From: Macrostomum hystrix
Taxonomy: Eukaryota; Animalia; Platyhelminthes
Direction of reading: 5' to 3'
DNA: 64,000 nt
Assembly (NCBI GenBank): GCA_950097015.1
Contig: CATNEN010000010.1
Location: 620,001-684,000 of the forward strand
Under the pieces are notes generated by a model. It was given only the letters and a program-made list of their open reading frames with translations. It ran no database searches and had not been told where the DNA came from. The translations under genes and the position numbers were made by a program. Positions 12,352 to 23,789 of the stretch are shown here, piece by piece (position 1 is the first letter of the stretch; the number at the start of each line of letters is the position of its first letter).

Positions 12352-13051
12352 TCCCCTGCCTACCACTGTATCTATCTTGATCACACTTACCAACCCCGTC
12401 CATCAGACCTACTCCGCTCAACTTTGGTGCCCCATCCGCAATCTAACCAGAAGAATCTAAAAGGGACAAAAAAGCAAGCAGGCTAGCTGCTCAATATGTC
12501 TCAAGTGACAGCTGTCCTCTGTTAGCACTGCTGACGAGTCGGCCTTGATGGATGATGCCGAGATGTCCATGCGGGGGAGCTTTGGCTAATACGACTCCCA
12601 CGCACGCACCACCCGGACCAGAGCAGCAGCGGACACTCGATGCTTCGCGAAACACTTGGCCATCTCATTTTCGGGCTGCTTAGGCAAGGGATGCGGGGGA
12701 GGGCAGTTTGCGAAACAGAAGCCGTTCCTTTGGGATCGGGAGGCCAGGAGATTGCGGGCCGCGACGGGGATAGCGCGAGTGGAATATGCGCCTCATCGGT
12801 GGATGCCGTTCCACACTCGGAGCTGAGGACAGAATTGTCAGACAGAAAAATCCCTAACTAGTCAGATGATGCGGGAAGAAATATCCCACTGGAGCTAGTG
12901 ATGAAATTCTGGTCCGTTGTGGTGCTCGTGAGGCCAAGCAGTCTGTCTGGCTTGGCTAAGTCGTGTTTTTGTAAGATCAAACTAGCACTCTATGATACAT
13001 TGTGGGAAATGAAATAGTCCGTGGGGGTACCATGCTACCATGGCTACCATG

Positions 13052-13480
13052 GGGGTAAGTGGCAGAGCGGTCAACGCGTTTGCCTCTCGCCCTCAGTTGC
13101 GAGACAACATTCAGTTGGCGCGCAGCCGCGGAGAGAAGTCTTGGGGGCTTGTCGTGCAATTTACGCTCATGAGGGCCAACCTCCAAGGCACGCACACAGA
13201 TAATGTACGCAGGCATACGCTCACACAGGTGTGTACATCTACCCTAGGCACAGTGAAGTGTACACTTCAAGTGTACCCACCTGACGACGAGAAAGTCAGG
13301 GCAGATGTACACACCTGTGTGAGCGTATGCCTGCGTACAGTATCTGTGTGCGTGTGTGCTCAGGAGTCAGCGAAATGGGCAGAATTGCCTCCTCGCTGGC
13401 TGCGGGTCTAGTGTCACCAAATGATGTGCCATTGTCTGCAGTCGTCCTGCCAATATAATAAAAAAATTATTATTATTATT
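13052..13480 (+). mobile_element. tRNA-derived SINE, copy A (A box retained, B box lost, internal inverted insertion)
   Basis: A-box-like TGGCAGAGCGG at 13060-13070; body homologous to 40043-40397 (minus); (ATT)n tail. Confidence 0.8.
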
Positions 13481-13489
13481 TACTGAGGC

Positions 13490-15875
13490 TACCACATCAG
13501 TGTCCTTGCTACAGTGTGGGTCAGTGTCAGTGTCTGTGTCAATGCTTTGGTCTTAACTTTCTTGACTCTGGTTCTTGTCAGAATGGTTCCGGTACCATTG
13601 CCCTGCAGAAATTCGCGCTTGGTGAAGCATCCGCGTCCGGACGGTTTATTGTGGCCGCACGCGAGAGTCGCAGCAGGAGGATCCGAAGCTGGCGAGATGG
13701 CCGTGGGACAGCGACTCTAGATTACCTGCAGCTGTTGCAGTTCGCCCAGAGCGAGTGTTACTGGGTCCTCAACGAAGCTTTAATGCTCGAGTTGTTTGGG
13801 ATCGGCTCAGGCCTCCAGGAGGATCCAGAGGAACCGGTTTTTCATCAGGGCGTCGACAAGCCCGTTGCCCTGAACCCACGTTGCCCTGGCACCATACAGG
13901 GTAAACCTAGTTGTGGAAGCCAGCAAAGGGGATGTCAATGGAGCCCGAGGTCAATCTATGAACCAAACCAACCGAAACCAGTAGCTGTAGTCGATCCAGT
14001 CGACAGGAGACATTGAACCAAACCAACCTTGTACTTGTGTCAGTCCCTGAGTCACTTTCAGTATTTGTCAGTGCTGGGTCTCTGTCAGTACTTGTGTCAG
14101 TCCCTGAGTCACTTTCAGACTTGTGTCAGCCCCTGAGTCACTTTCAGACTTGTGTCAGTCCCTGAGTCACTTTCAGACTTGTGTCAGTGCTGGGTCTCTG
14201 TCAGTACTTGTGTCAGTCCCTGAGTCACTTTCAGACTTGTGTCAGCCCCTGAGTCACTTTCAGACTTGTATCAGTGCTGGGTCTCTGTCAGTACTTGTGT
14301 CAGTCCCTGAGTCACTTTCAGACTTGTGTCAGCCCCTGAGTCACTTTCAGACTTGTGTCAGTCCCTGAGTCACTTTCAGACTTGTGTCAGTGCTGGGTCT
14401 CTGTCAGTACTTGTGTCAGTCCCTGAGTCACTTTCAGACTTGTGTCAGCCCCTGAGTCACTTTCAGACTTGTATCAGTGCTGGGTCTCTGTCAGTACTTG
14501 TGTCAGTCCCTGAGTCACTTTCAGACTTGTGTCAGTGCTGGGTCACTTTAAGTACTTGTGTCAGTGCTGGATCACTGTCAGAACATGTGTCAGTGCTGGG
14601 TCACTGTCAGTACTTGTGTCAGAACATGTGTCAGTGCTGGGTCACTGTCAGTACTTGTGTCAGAACATGTGTTAGTGCTGGGTCACTGTCAGTACTTGTG
14701 TCAGAACATGTGTCAGTGCTGGGTCACTGTCAGTACTTGTGTCAGAACATGTGTCAGTGCTGGGTCACTGTCAGTACTTGTGTCAGTGTGATATTTTGAC
14801 TTAGGTCTCTCTTTGCTTTGAGATCCCTAAATGAGGTCGGGTGTCCTACTCTTTGCGAGAGATTCTATTGCCGTAACTCGAAAATAACGAAGACAAGACG
14901 ATTCAAAAGTCCAAGCTAAACAGCTGATATTTAAGTATTAATTCGTAAATAAGAGAAAGCTACGAGTGATTAGTTCCCCTGGCAGCGCTCTTTCCGTCCC
15001 CTGCCAGGTACTGTACTTCATTCAATTTAAAATTCACAATTCGCACTGGTAATTTACTAACATTAATCTCAATAACCTCAACACAAGAACACGTGAACTC
15101 TACTCGATAATGCTCTGGACAATAACAAGAACTCACGAAAACAACATGACAATTAACACAAATAACTCCTAGACAAACTGATAGTCCCTATGACAAAACA
15201 AAACAAATAACACGAAAACTAACTAAAGTCCCTAGTCTGAAACCGAGGCGACCAGCAAGCACTTCCGCACTATGGCACAACGATAGTTCTATCGTGCCAC
15301 ACCTAATGTCAATTCGACGGCGTCCCACCGATGATTGTCGGCGATATGGAGAGTACTTCCGTGCTTGCCAATCCCTATCTAACACTCCGTCAGCAGTTGG
15401 CCAGACGTGCCGAGCTCAGCGCAAGCTACTTACTGACGTGGGATTGAGTGTGGGGTTTTCTTCGACTAGCTAGTTGGACCGGCTTACCTGTCCCGGTATC
15501 TATTACTAGGATGCGGAACAACGCGGAAAAGAACGATTGCAACGAAACGACACGACACAACACGAAAAGACACGCGATAGAAACAAATTGACAACGCAAT
15601 AGTCAGTTATATAGTCAAGCGCCCGCCCCAACCGTCATCAAAGCCTGGGTGCCGGCCGCGCCGCTTGTTCTTCTGCCAGGTCGACCCTGCCGGTTAACGA
15701 ACTGGCTGCTGATTGGCCCGGCCCGGGGTATCGCGCTTAAGTCGGGTCGCATCAAATTGGCCAGCCGCCCTCCTATTGGCTGGGCCCACCAGACCGGGGT
15801 TAGTCCGATGCCTTGGCTGTAGAGCAGGGTGACCGGCCGATCGCGTGCGTAGGCCTGGCTGGGCGCGCATGTACA
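13490..15875 (-). mobile_element. Possible decayed LTR retrotransposon fragment (LTR/leader plus gag remnant) interrupted by a minisatellite
   Basis: The minus strand starts TGTAC at 15875, then CCAAT motifs and TATATAA (~15610) and a GT-rich leader. A stop-interrupted frame at ~13570-13780 ends CGHNKPSGRGC..QGNG, like the end of a gag zinc knuckle. No second LTR or pol was found. Confidence 0.3.
14031..14788. repeat. Composite minisatellite (two alternating ~28-bp units grading into a ~41-bp unit)
   Basis: Units GTCAGTCCCTGAGTCACTTTCAGACTTGT and GTCAGTGCTGGGTCTCTGTCAGTACTTGT, later with GTCAGAACATGT added. Confidence 0.95.
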
Positions 15876-16964
15876 AACAACAAACCTATAACATACATTA
15901 TAATAATTCATTAATATTGACGTGTGCGAATAAGTTACTGCAAGTAGAAATATGCGAATTATAAAATAAACATGCCGACACTACATCAGTGCCTGGATCA
16001 GTGTTCTGTGTTACTATTCCAAGTTTAGATCGTGTAAGATCTTCTATATGTAAAATAACGTACTTGTAAGTCAGGAAAAGCAGATGAAAGTTTTAAAGAG
16101 ACATGAAAAACTCAATTTTGGAACAAAGGCACTTGGTTCTAGTTTCAGAAGCTAAAATGGTGCATTGGTTTGAAAGCGACTCAAAAGTAACATCATATAG
16201 ATACGCACGTATATTAGGTGTCTTGAAAATGAACAGAACAAAATAATCAACATATTTGGTGAAAAAAATTCTTCCGAGTAAAACGATTTTGATGAGTTTT
16301 GATTGGCTGAAACGAATAGAAGGGCTGAGCCAATCAGCTCGCCCGACACAAAGATAACGCAATCAGAGGCTAAATCTGGCGCTTAGCCAATCACAGTGAG
16401 ACCAGAAAACATAAGTCTGTTTCATTTTATAAATCAAGCCAATGACCACTCGAGTTGAAAGGACGTTACAGTCGTCCGATTGTCAGATTGTTTTATCGAT
16501 TAGTTTAATGATTAATTAGAAAATCTTTTCCACGGCCTTTACAGAGAAAACATGGGCTATTTTCGCATTTGTCATGTCCTTTTCTGAAGTAAAGTGGTAA
16601 AAAAAATAAGCTTATTTTACTTGTATGAAAGAACATCAAGGACTACTAGGCTCTAACTACTGATTGGCTAGTGATCCTTAAATAACATCCAATAAATTTC
16701 ATACTCAAGCAGCTTCTACAACTGCGCGACTGTCTGACCGGAAATTTTCATAGATTTTCACACAGATTTCGATAACAACGCCCTCATATTTCTAGTGGCC
16801 CTTGTACTTGTAAAGATCTGAAGGAAGGCAAAACAACCCTGGAAGAAACTCAAACTCAAACTAACACAAAAGCTCAACAAATGAACAAGCTTCCAAATTT
16901 GGTAGTTGGAATGTTCTTTCTTACAAGCTACTGAGAGTAGTCCTTCGCACTGCGATTCCTCGGC

Positions 16965-17267
16965 TCACTCTACGGACCGGAAGGCTAGCAGCCAGATGCC
17001 CATGTGGACGGTGTTCTGGCCGTCCTGCTCACAGCCGAGGCCGGCCACCCACTCGTCGGAGAGTCCGACCCTCAGCTCCCTGCCAGAGCCGCCTGTAGCC
17101 AGCGGGGCCTGCTGGAAGACGCGGACTCCGTCACGCGGCAGGTCGGGGAACATCCGCAGCAGCTGGGCGCGCAGCTCGCCGGCCGTCCTGCGGCCATTGA
17201 AAGTGACAGCGAAGCATCGACAATTGGGCGTCGGGCGCGTCCTGCTCACAGAGCAACTTAGAGACAA
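16965..17267 (-). CDS. Putative divergent ubiquitin-like (beta-grasp) domain ORF/exon
   Basis: CFAVTF..RTAGELRAQLLRMFP..DGVRVFQ..GRELR..LG...TVHM follows the UBL secondary-structure pattern. GC-rich, coding-like. No true ATG start and no C-terminal GG. Confidence 0.45.
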   Translation of the reverse strand: MSLSCSVSRTRPTPNCRCFAVTFNGRRTAGELRAQLLRMFPDLPRDGVRVFQQAPLATGGSGRELRVGLSDEWVAGLGCEQDGQNTVHMGIWLLAFRSVE

Positions 17268-17381
17268 GCTAATTTAAAATAGCTTAACCCCTGCCTTCTG
17301 CATGCCTGCTTGTTTGTGTTTGTGTTTGTGCGTTGGGCCAGGTGTGAGTCGTTGTATGGGGGTGGGGCGGGTGTGCACGTT

Positions 17382-17465
17382 GGCCTTCACGTTGTCGATG
17401 GTGTCAGAGGGCTCGACCTCCAGGGTGATCGTCTTGCCGGTCAGGGTCTTCACGAAGATCTGCAT
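17382..17465 (-). pseudogene. Truncated ubiquitin coding sequence (residues 1-28 only)
   Basis: [28 protein letters not shown], followed by unrelated sequence and a stop at 17274. A strong acceptor TTCTTTACTTTTCAG lies ~52 nt upstream of the ATG. Confidence 0.85.
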
Positions 17466-17931
17466 GTTACCTTTTGTGTTGAATGGGAAGCTATTGTAAT
17501 TCGATAACTTTTGAAGTCTGAAAAGTAAAGAAGGAATCTTTTACAAGCGTATTAATACTGCATTATAATTCGTTAGAATTTCTGTCACAGTCTTAGCAAC
17601 AAATGGTCTATCCATTTGCCAAATTACTCGTACAAAAATTTCGTACGAGATAAAACGGAGTGTACAAGTGTACGCAACAGACGATTTCAAGCAGTGAATA
17701 ATGTAAACTTCCTTTGCAAAAAATATTTGTGCATTCTAAGCTACATCAGCTAAACACTTGGAAAGGGGTAGCGAGAGGACCCAGCCAGCGAACGACTGTG
17801 CACTTCTTCGCTCAAATGTGTCCGAGCTCTGCCTCTGGAGCAATGTGCGAGCGGCATACTTTTTATTTCTACTCGTAGCGCTGATGATCTGTAAAATCTG
17901 TCTGTATGGACGGCCTCGGAGTTCTGGAGGT

Positions 17932-18576
17932 TCAACGACTGATCCAGCGCACCGCGCCGCCACTGACGCCGCCCTCCAGTCGGCGCGGCGGCTGCAGAGG
18001 CTTTGCTGAGACTTGGCCGAGGAGAAGCGGCGAGGCGGAGCTCGCCGAGTCCTCCACGCTGCAGGCGGACGACGGCGCCACAGCCCAGTCGTCTTGAGCG
18101 TCGCGCCAGGAGGTCACAGAGGACAGCAGAAGGCCGGCCGCGGTCAGCATGCCACCCAGGCCGAAGACTCCGAGAGCGGCGAGGCCGGCCAGCTCCAGAC
18201 GGCGGTTCCAGGCGGCGTTCTCGGGCTGTCTGATGAATCCGCCGTGGCCGATGCCTTCGCCGGCTTTCACTTCGACAAATTTCGGTCGGCGCGGCGTCAG
18301 CTGGACGGCAACGAGGCTGGCGCTTCCCAGGAGGAGCACGGCGACTCCGGACCAGAGCAGCCAGCGCCGCGGCTTCCACCGCGTCCAGCAGCGGGCGGCT
18401 CGGTGAGGCCGCGACGGGTCCGGACAGACCAGCAGCCGCTCAGATTCGCCCCCGGAGGCCGCAGTGATCGGCACCGAGTCGAACTCGCCGGAACTCGGTG
18501 GCTGCGGTTCCGAAGGCTCGTAGAAGCTGTCCAGATGCGAGACGATGATCGGTCGACGGTGAGCGGAAGTTGACAT
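17932..18576 (-). CDS. Neurensin-like two-TM protein, intronless (likely start MSTSAHRR at 18576)
   Basis: IVSHLDSFYEP resembles the neurensin SYLHQFYE motif. TM1 LLWSGVAVLLLGSASLVAV, loop EGIGHGGF..AAWNRRLELAG, and TM2 LGVFGLGGMLTAAGLLL match the NRSN pattern. Confidence 0.7.
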   Translation of the reverse strand: MSTSAHRRPIIVSHLDSFYEPSEPQPPSSGEFDSVPITAASGGESERLLVCPDPSRPHRAARCWTRWKPRRWLLWSGVAVLLLGSASLVAVQLTPRRPKFVEVKAGEGIGHGGFIRQPENAAWNRRLELAGLAALGVFGLGGMLTAAGLLLSSVTSWRDAQDDWAVAPSSACSVEDSASSASPLLLGQVSAKPLQPPRRLEGGVSGGAVRWISR

Positions 18577-18870
18577 GCTGGTTCTTATGTCTTTGATAAA
18601 AGCATTGAATTGACTAGCACTCAGCTGCTGTGTCCCATTCAAGCTTCACTTTATCAACCGCAATGTACATGTACATGGCCAACAAGCCAGCAAACAGAAG
18701 TTTTGGTCCGAGCAGACGGGATGAACCGCCATTGGCCCAGCTGCCCTGCTGCGGCTCTGACAGGATGCCGGCAATTACAGCGGCTGGCGGATGAGAGACC
18801 ATTTTCTGCATTCGACGCACAAGCCAGCTTGAAGTTAAAAAGCACCGCTCGACTGCACGGCATTTCTGCC

Positions 18871-19410
18871 AGAAATGGGAGTGGAGTGACAAGGGTGGGA
18901 GTGGAGTGACAGAAATGGGAGTGGAGTGACAAGGGTGGGAGTGGAGTGACAAGGGTGGGAGTGGAGTGACAGAAATGGGAGTGGAGTGACAAGGATGGGA
19001 GTGGAGTGACAAGGGTGGGAGTGGAGTGACAGAAATGGGAGTGGAGTGACAAGGATGGGAGTGGAGTGACAGAAATGGGAGTGGAGTGACAGAAATGGGA
19101 GTGGAGTGACAAGGATGGGAGTGGAGTGACAAGGGTAGCTGAGGAGTGACAGGGATGGCTGAGGAGTGACAGGGATGACTCTGTAGTGACAGGGATGGCT
19201 GTTGAGTGACAGGGATATCTGAAGAGTGACAGGGATGGCTGAGGAGTGACAGGGATGACTCTGGAGTGACAGGGATGTCTGAGGAGTGACAGGGATGACT
19301 CTGAAGTGACAGGGATGACTCTGGAGTGACAGGGATGTCTGAGGAGTGACAGGGATGTCTGAGGAGTGACAGGGATGACTCTGGAGTGACTTGGACGGCT
19401 CTTGAGTGAC
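18871..19410. repeat. 20-bp minisatellite with GGAGTGACA core, changing unit type along the array
   Basis: GGGAGTGGAGTGACAAGGGT variants grading into GGGATGTCTGAGGAGTGACA variants. Confidence 0.95.
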
Positions 19411-19780
19411 ACGGATGTGTGGAGTGCCAGGATGGCTGTCGGGACATGGCTAAATAAAAGACGTACCGAATCAAAAAAGTCACGACAGCTCACTAGAGAA
19501 GAGAGAAACGTGAGACCGAGTTGGATTTGGTTTAATCCCAGTTGCTAAATCCGGAGGTGTTCGGATTTCTCATTTTTTCTAATAATCCCCGGCGTGGCGC
19601 AGAGCAGCTGTCACCAGAGCGCTTTAGCGCTTGACAATTATTTGATGCGGCCACGCGCGGATGAGACGTGCTCACACTGTGCTCACTGAGCCCAGCCTGG
19701 CAGAGGCAGATTCCCAGTTTGCCATATCTTCCGAATATGAAAGACCCCCACCTGCTCTGGCAACTAAATTTATGGATATA

Positions 19781-21487
19781 CAGAATGGATTGCTAATCTA
19801 TCTCATGGATGAAGGAACAGAATGGATTGCTAATCTATCTCATGGATGAAGGAACAGAATGGATTGCTAATCTAACTCATGGATGATGGAACAGAATGGA
19901 TTGCTAATCTATCTCATGGATAACTAATCTATCTCATGGATGAAGGAACAGAATGGATTGCTAATCTATCTCATGGATGAAGGAACAGAATGGATTGCTA
20001 ATCTATCTCATGGATGAAGGAACAGAATGGATTGCTAATCTAACTCATGGATGATGGAACAGAATGGATTGCTAATCTATCTCATGGATAACTAATCTAT
20101 CTCATGGATGAAGGAACAGAATGGATTGCTAATCTATCTCATGGATAACTAATCTATCTCATGGATGAAGGAACAGAATGGATTGCTAATCCATCTCATG
20201 GATGATGGAACAGAATGGATTGCTAATCTATCTCATGGATAACTAATCTATCTCATGGATGAAGGAACAGAATGGATAGCTAGTCTATCACATGGATGAA
20301 GGAACAGAATGGATTGCTAATCTATCTCATGGATGAAGGAACAGAATGGATTGCTAATCTATCTCATGGATGAAGGAACAGAATGGATTGCTAATCTAAC
20401 TCATGGATGATGGAACAGAATGGATTGCTAATCTATCTCATGGATAACTAATCTATCTCATGGATGAAGGAACAGAATGGATTGCTAATCTATCTCATGG
20501 ATAACTAATCTATCTCATGGATGAAGGAACAGAATGGATTGCTAATCCATCTCATGGATGATGGAACAGAATGGATTGCTAATCTATCTCATGGATAACT
20601 AATCTATCTCATGGATGAAGGAACAGAATGGATAGCTAGTCTATCACATGGATGAAGGAACAGAATGGATTGCTAATCCATCTCATGGATGAAGGAACAG
20701 AATGGATTGCTAATCTATCTCATGGATGATGGAACAGAATGGATTGCTAATCTAACTCATGGATGATGGAACAGAATGGATTGCTAATCTATCTCATGGA
20801 TAACTAATCTATCTCATGGATGAAGGAACAGAATGGATTGCTAATCTATCTCATGGATAACTAATCTATCTCATGGATGAAGGAACAGAATGGATTGCTA
20901 ATCCATCTCATGGATGATGGAACAGAATGGATTGCTAATCTATCTCATGGATAACTAATCTATCTCATGGATGAAGGAACAGAATGGATAGCTAGTCTAT
21001 CACATGGATGAAGGAACAGAATGGATTGCTAATCCATCTCATGGATGAAGGAACAGAATGGATTGCTAATCTATCTCATGGATGATGGAACAGAATGGAT
21101 TGCTAATCTAACTCATGGATGATGGAACAGAATGGATTGCTAATCTATCTCATGGATAACTAATCTATCTCATGGATGAAGGAACAGAATGGATTGCTAA
21201 TCTATCTCATGGATAACTAATCTATCTCATGGATGAAGGAACAGAATGGATTGCTAATCCATCTCATGGATGATGGAACAGAATGGATTGCTAATCTATC
21301 TCATGGATAACTAATCTATCTCATGGATGAAGGAACAGAATGGATAGCTAGTCTATCACATGGATGAAGGAACAGAATGGATTGCTAATCCATCTCATGG
21401 ATGAAGGAACAGAATGGATTGCTAATCTATCTCATGGATGATGGAACAGAATGGATTGCTAATCTATCTCATGGATGAAGGAACAGA
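19781..21487. repeat. 37-bp satellite with interspersed 20-bp subunits and a 356-bp higher-order period
   Basis: Unit GAATGGATTGCTAATCTATCTCATGGATGAAGGAACA; the variant GGATAGCTAG recurs at 20274, 20630, 20986 and 21342. Confidence 0.97.
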
Positions 21488-22067
21488 CGGATCGATATCC
21501 GTTATCACTGAGGAAGAAATTGACAATTTGAAGTTGTTGTCCGTGAGTCTGATTAAGAGCTAGATTAGAATATAATTAGTTTGGGACAGGTTACACTATC
21601 CTTTATTTTAACTTATGGTGTAAAAAAGCGCTACAGCGGAACACGCCGGGATGTGCGAGTAACAAAAGTACATTCGGATCAATTCAGCGGAACTGACAGG
21701 CCGGTGGATTGTGTGGGGAAAAAATGAAATTGCATGGAATAGCACAGCATGCAAATAAAAACAGCAGAGAACGAGAAACTTAAATATAAACAACAGTGCG
21801 AGCATTTGACGAGAAAAGAAAATCCTGCCCAACTGCTAATTGGTTGCAGAACCGGCAATTAGCAAAATGCTAGCTTAGCATGGAGAGCAGCGCTTAATAC
21901 TGAGCCGAACCTTCACGAACCGTTTCTTCGGAAGAAAATTGTCTTTTTAGAAGCTGCAAACGGCCAACGCACAACTTTACATACATAATTATTCGCTAAT
22001 TTCAAAGATAGGAAACCCCAGACACCTAGCAGTTGTAAGAGCGGCAAATCTCGAACTACAAAACTTC

Positions 22068-23162
22068 TAAGTGGGGAATCCCAAATTGAAAACACCATAA
22101 GTGGGAATCCCAAATTTAGGAGCACAATAAGTGGGGAATCCCAAAGTTAGGAACACCTTAAGTGGGGAATCCCAAATTTAGGAACACCTTAAGTGGGGAA
22201 TCCCGAATTGAGGAACACCTTAAGTGGGGAATCCCGAATTGAGGAACACCTTAAGTGGGGAATCCCGAATTGAGGAACAGATTAAGTGGGAAATCCCGAA
22301 TTGAGGAACATCTTAAGTGGGAAATCCAGAATTTAGGAACACCATAAGTGGGTAATCCAGAATTTAGGAACACCATAAGTGGGGAATCCCGAATTGAGGA
22401 ACACCTTAAGTGGGTAATCCAGAGTTTAGGAACACCATAAGTGGGGAATCCAGAATTGAGGAACACCATAAGTGGGGAATCCAGAATTGAGGAACACCAT
22501 AAGTGGGTAATCCAGAATTTAGGAACACCATAAGTGGGTAATCCAGAATTTAGGAACACCATAAGTGGGTAATCCAGAATTTAGGAACACCATAAGTGGG
22601 TGATCCAGAATTGAGGAACACCATAAGTGGGGAATCCCAAATTTAGGAACACCTTAAGTGGGGAATCCCGAATTGAGGAACACCTTAAGTGAGGAATCCC
22701 GAATTGAGGAACATCTTAAGTGGGGAATCCCGAATTGAGGAACAGATTAAGTGGGAAATCCCGAATTGAGGAACATCTTAAGTGGGAAATCCAGAATTTA
22801 GGAACACCATAAGTGGGTAATCCAGAATTTAGGAACACCATAAGTGGGGAATCCCGAATTGAGGAACACCTTAAGTGGGTAATCCAGAGTTTAGGAACAC
22901 CATAAGTGGGTAATCCAGAATTTAGGAACACCATAAGTGGGTAATCCAGAATTTAGGAACACCATAAGTGGGTAATCCAGAATTTAGGAACACCATAAGT
23001 GGGTGATCCAGAATTTAGGAACACCATAAGTGGGTAATCCAGAATTTAGGAACATCATAAGTGGGTAATCCAGAATTTAGGAACACCATAAGTGGGTAAT
23101 CCAGAATTTAGGAACACCATAAGTGGGTGATCCAGAATTGAGGAACACCATAAGTGGGGAAT
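22068..23162. repeat. 31-bp minisatellite (TAAGTGGGGAATCCCGAATTGAGGAACACCT)
   Basis: About 35 units; the variant GGAACAGATT recurs 465 bp apart. Confidence 0.97.
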
Positions 23163-23789
23163 ACCACTGCCCAGGGAATTGAGAAAACGTCGAAAAGCAG
23201 TGGCATCTCTCAACATCCCAGTCTCCCAGCCAGACTGCTGATACAACAGAAGCGCAGTTGTGACAGTAAACAAACACAAAATTAGCTGAGAATTGACAAA
23301 CAAATAATTGAAGGGGCTATAAAAAATGCCATAACTGCGTGACGGGCGAATGAACCAGTAAAATGCCCGATCGAGCAGAACGCACACTCGGATTATACTA
23401 CTGATTATGAAAAAGCAAGTAGTAGCAGTACACAAATTACAGCTATATGATTTCGTAAAGTGCCAATAGAAACAGGATCAAATTACGCACAACAACAAAG
23501 CGATGACAGATAAAGGGAACACAGACAATGCACTTTTATAGACATTGTGGTCACCAGTAGGACCAACCAAAATGTTGAAAAGCTAACACTGCTGAGTTAA
23601 AGGTGCGAAACCTATTTTTATGACTTCGGTCTTACTTCATGAAACAGAAAAATATGGAAATCTCTGCATTTGATGGCTGGGCAGTACAGAAAAATGACAA
23701 GCACGATTCAACTTCCGACTTTGCAGTAACCAAGATTCAAGGAAGAGGGCCAAGGCCAAGGGCTGACCTTCCACTAAATAACAGAGCCA

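Noticed and set aside
13279-13300. CTGACGA..GAAA hammerhead-like core in the SINE
   Set aside because: There is no stem II or stem I/III geometry; the bases instead pair as a simple CCTGAC/GTCAGG hairpin.
19781-21487. 37-bp repeats resembling a CRISPR array
   Set aside because: Units are contiguous with no unique spacers, there are no cas genes, and the context is eukaryotic.
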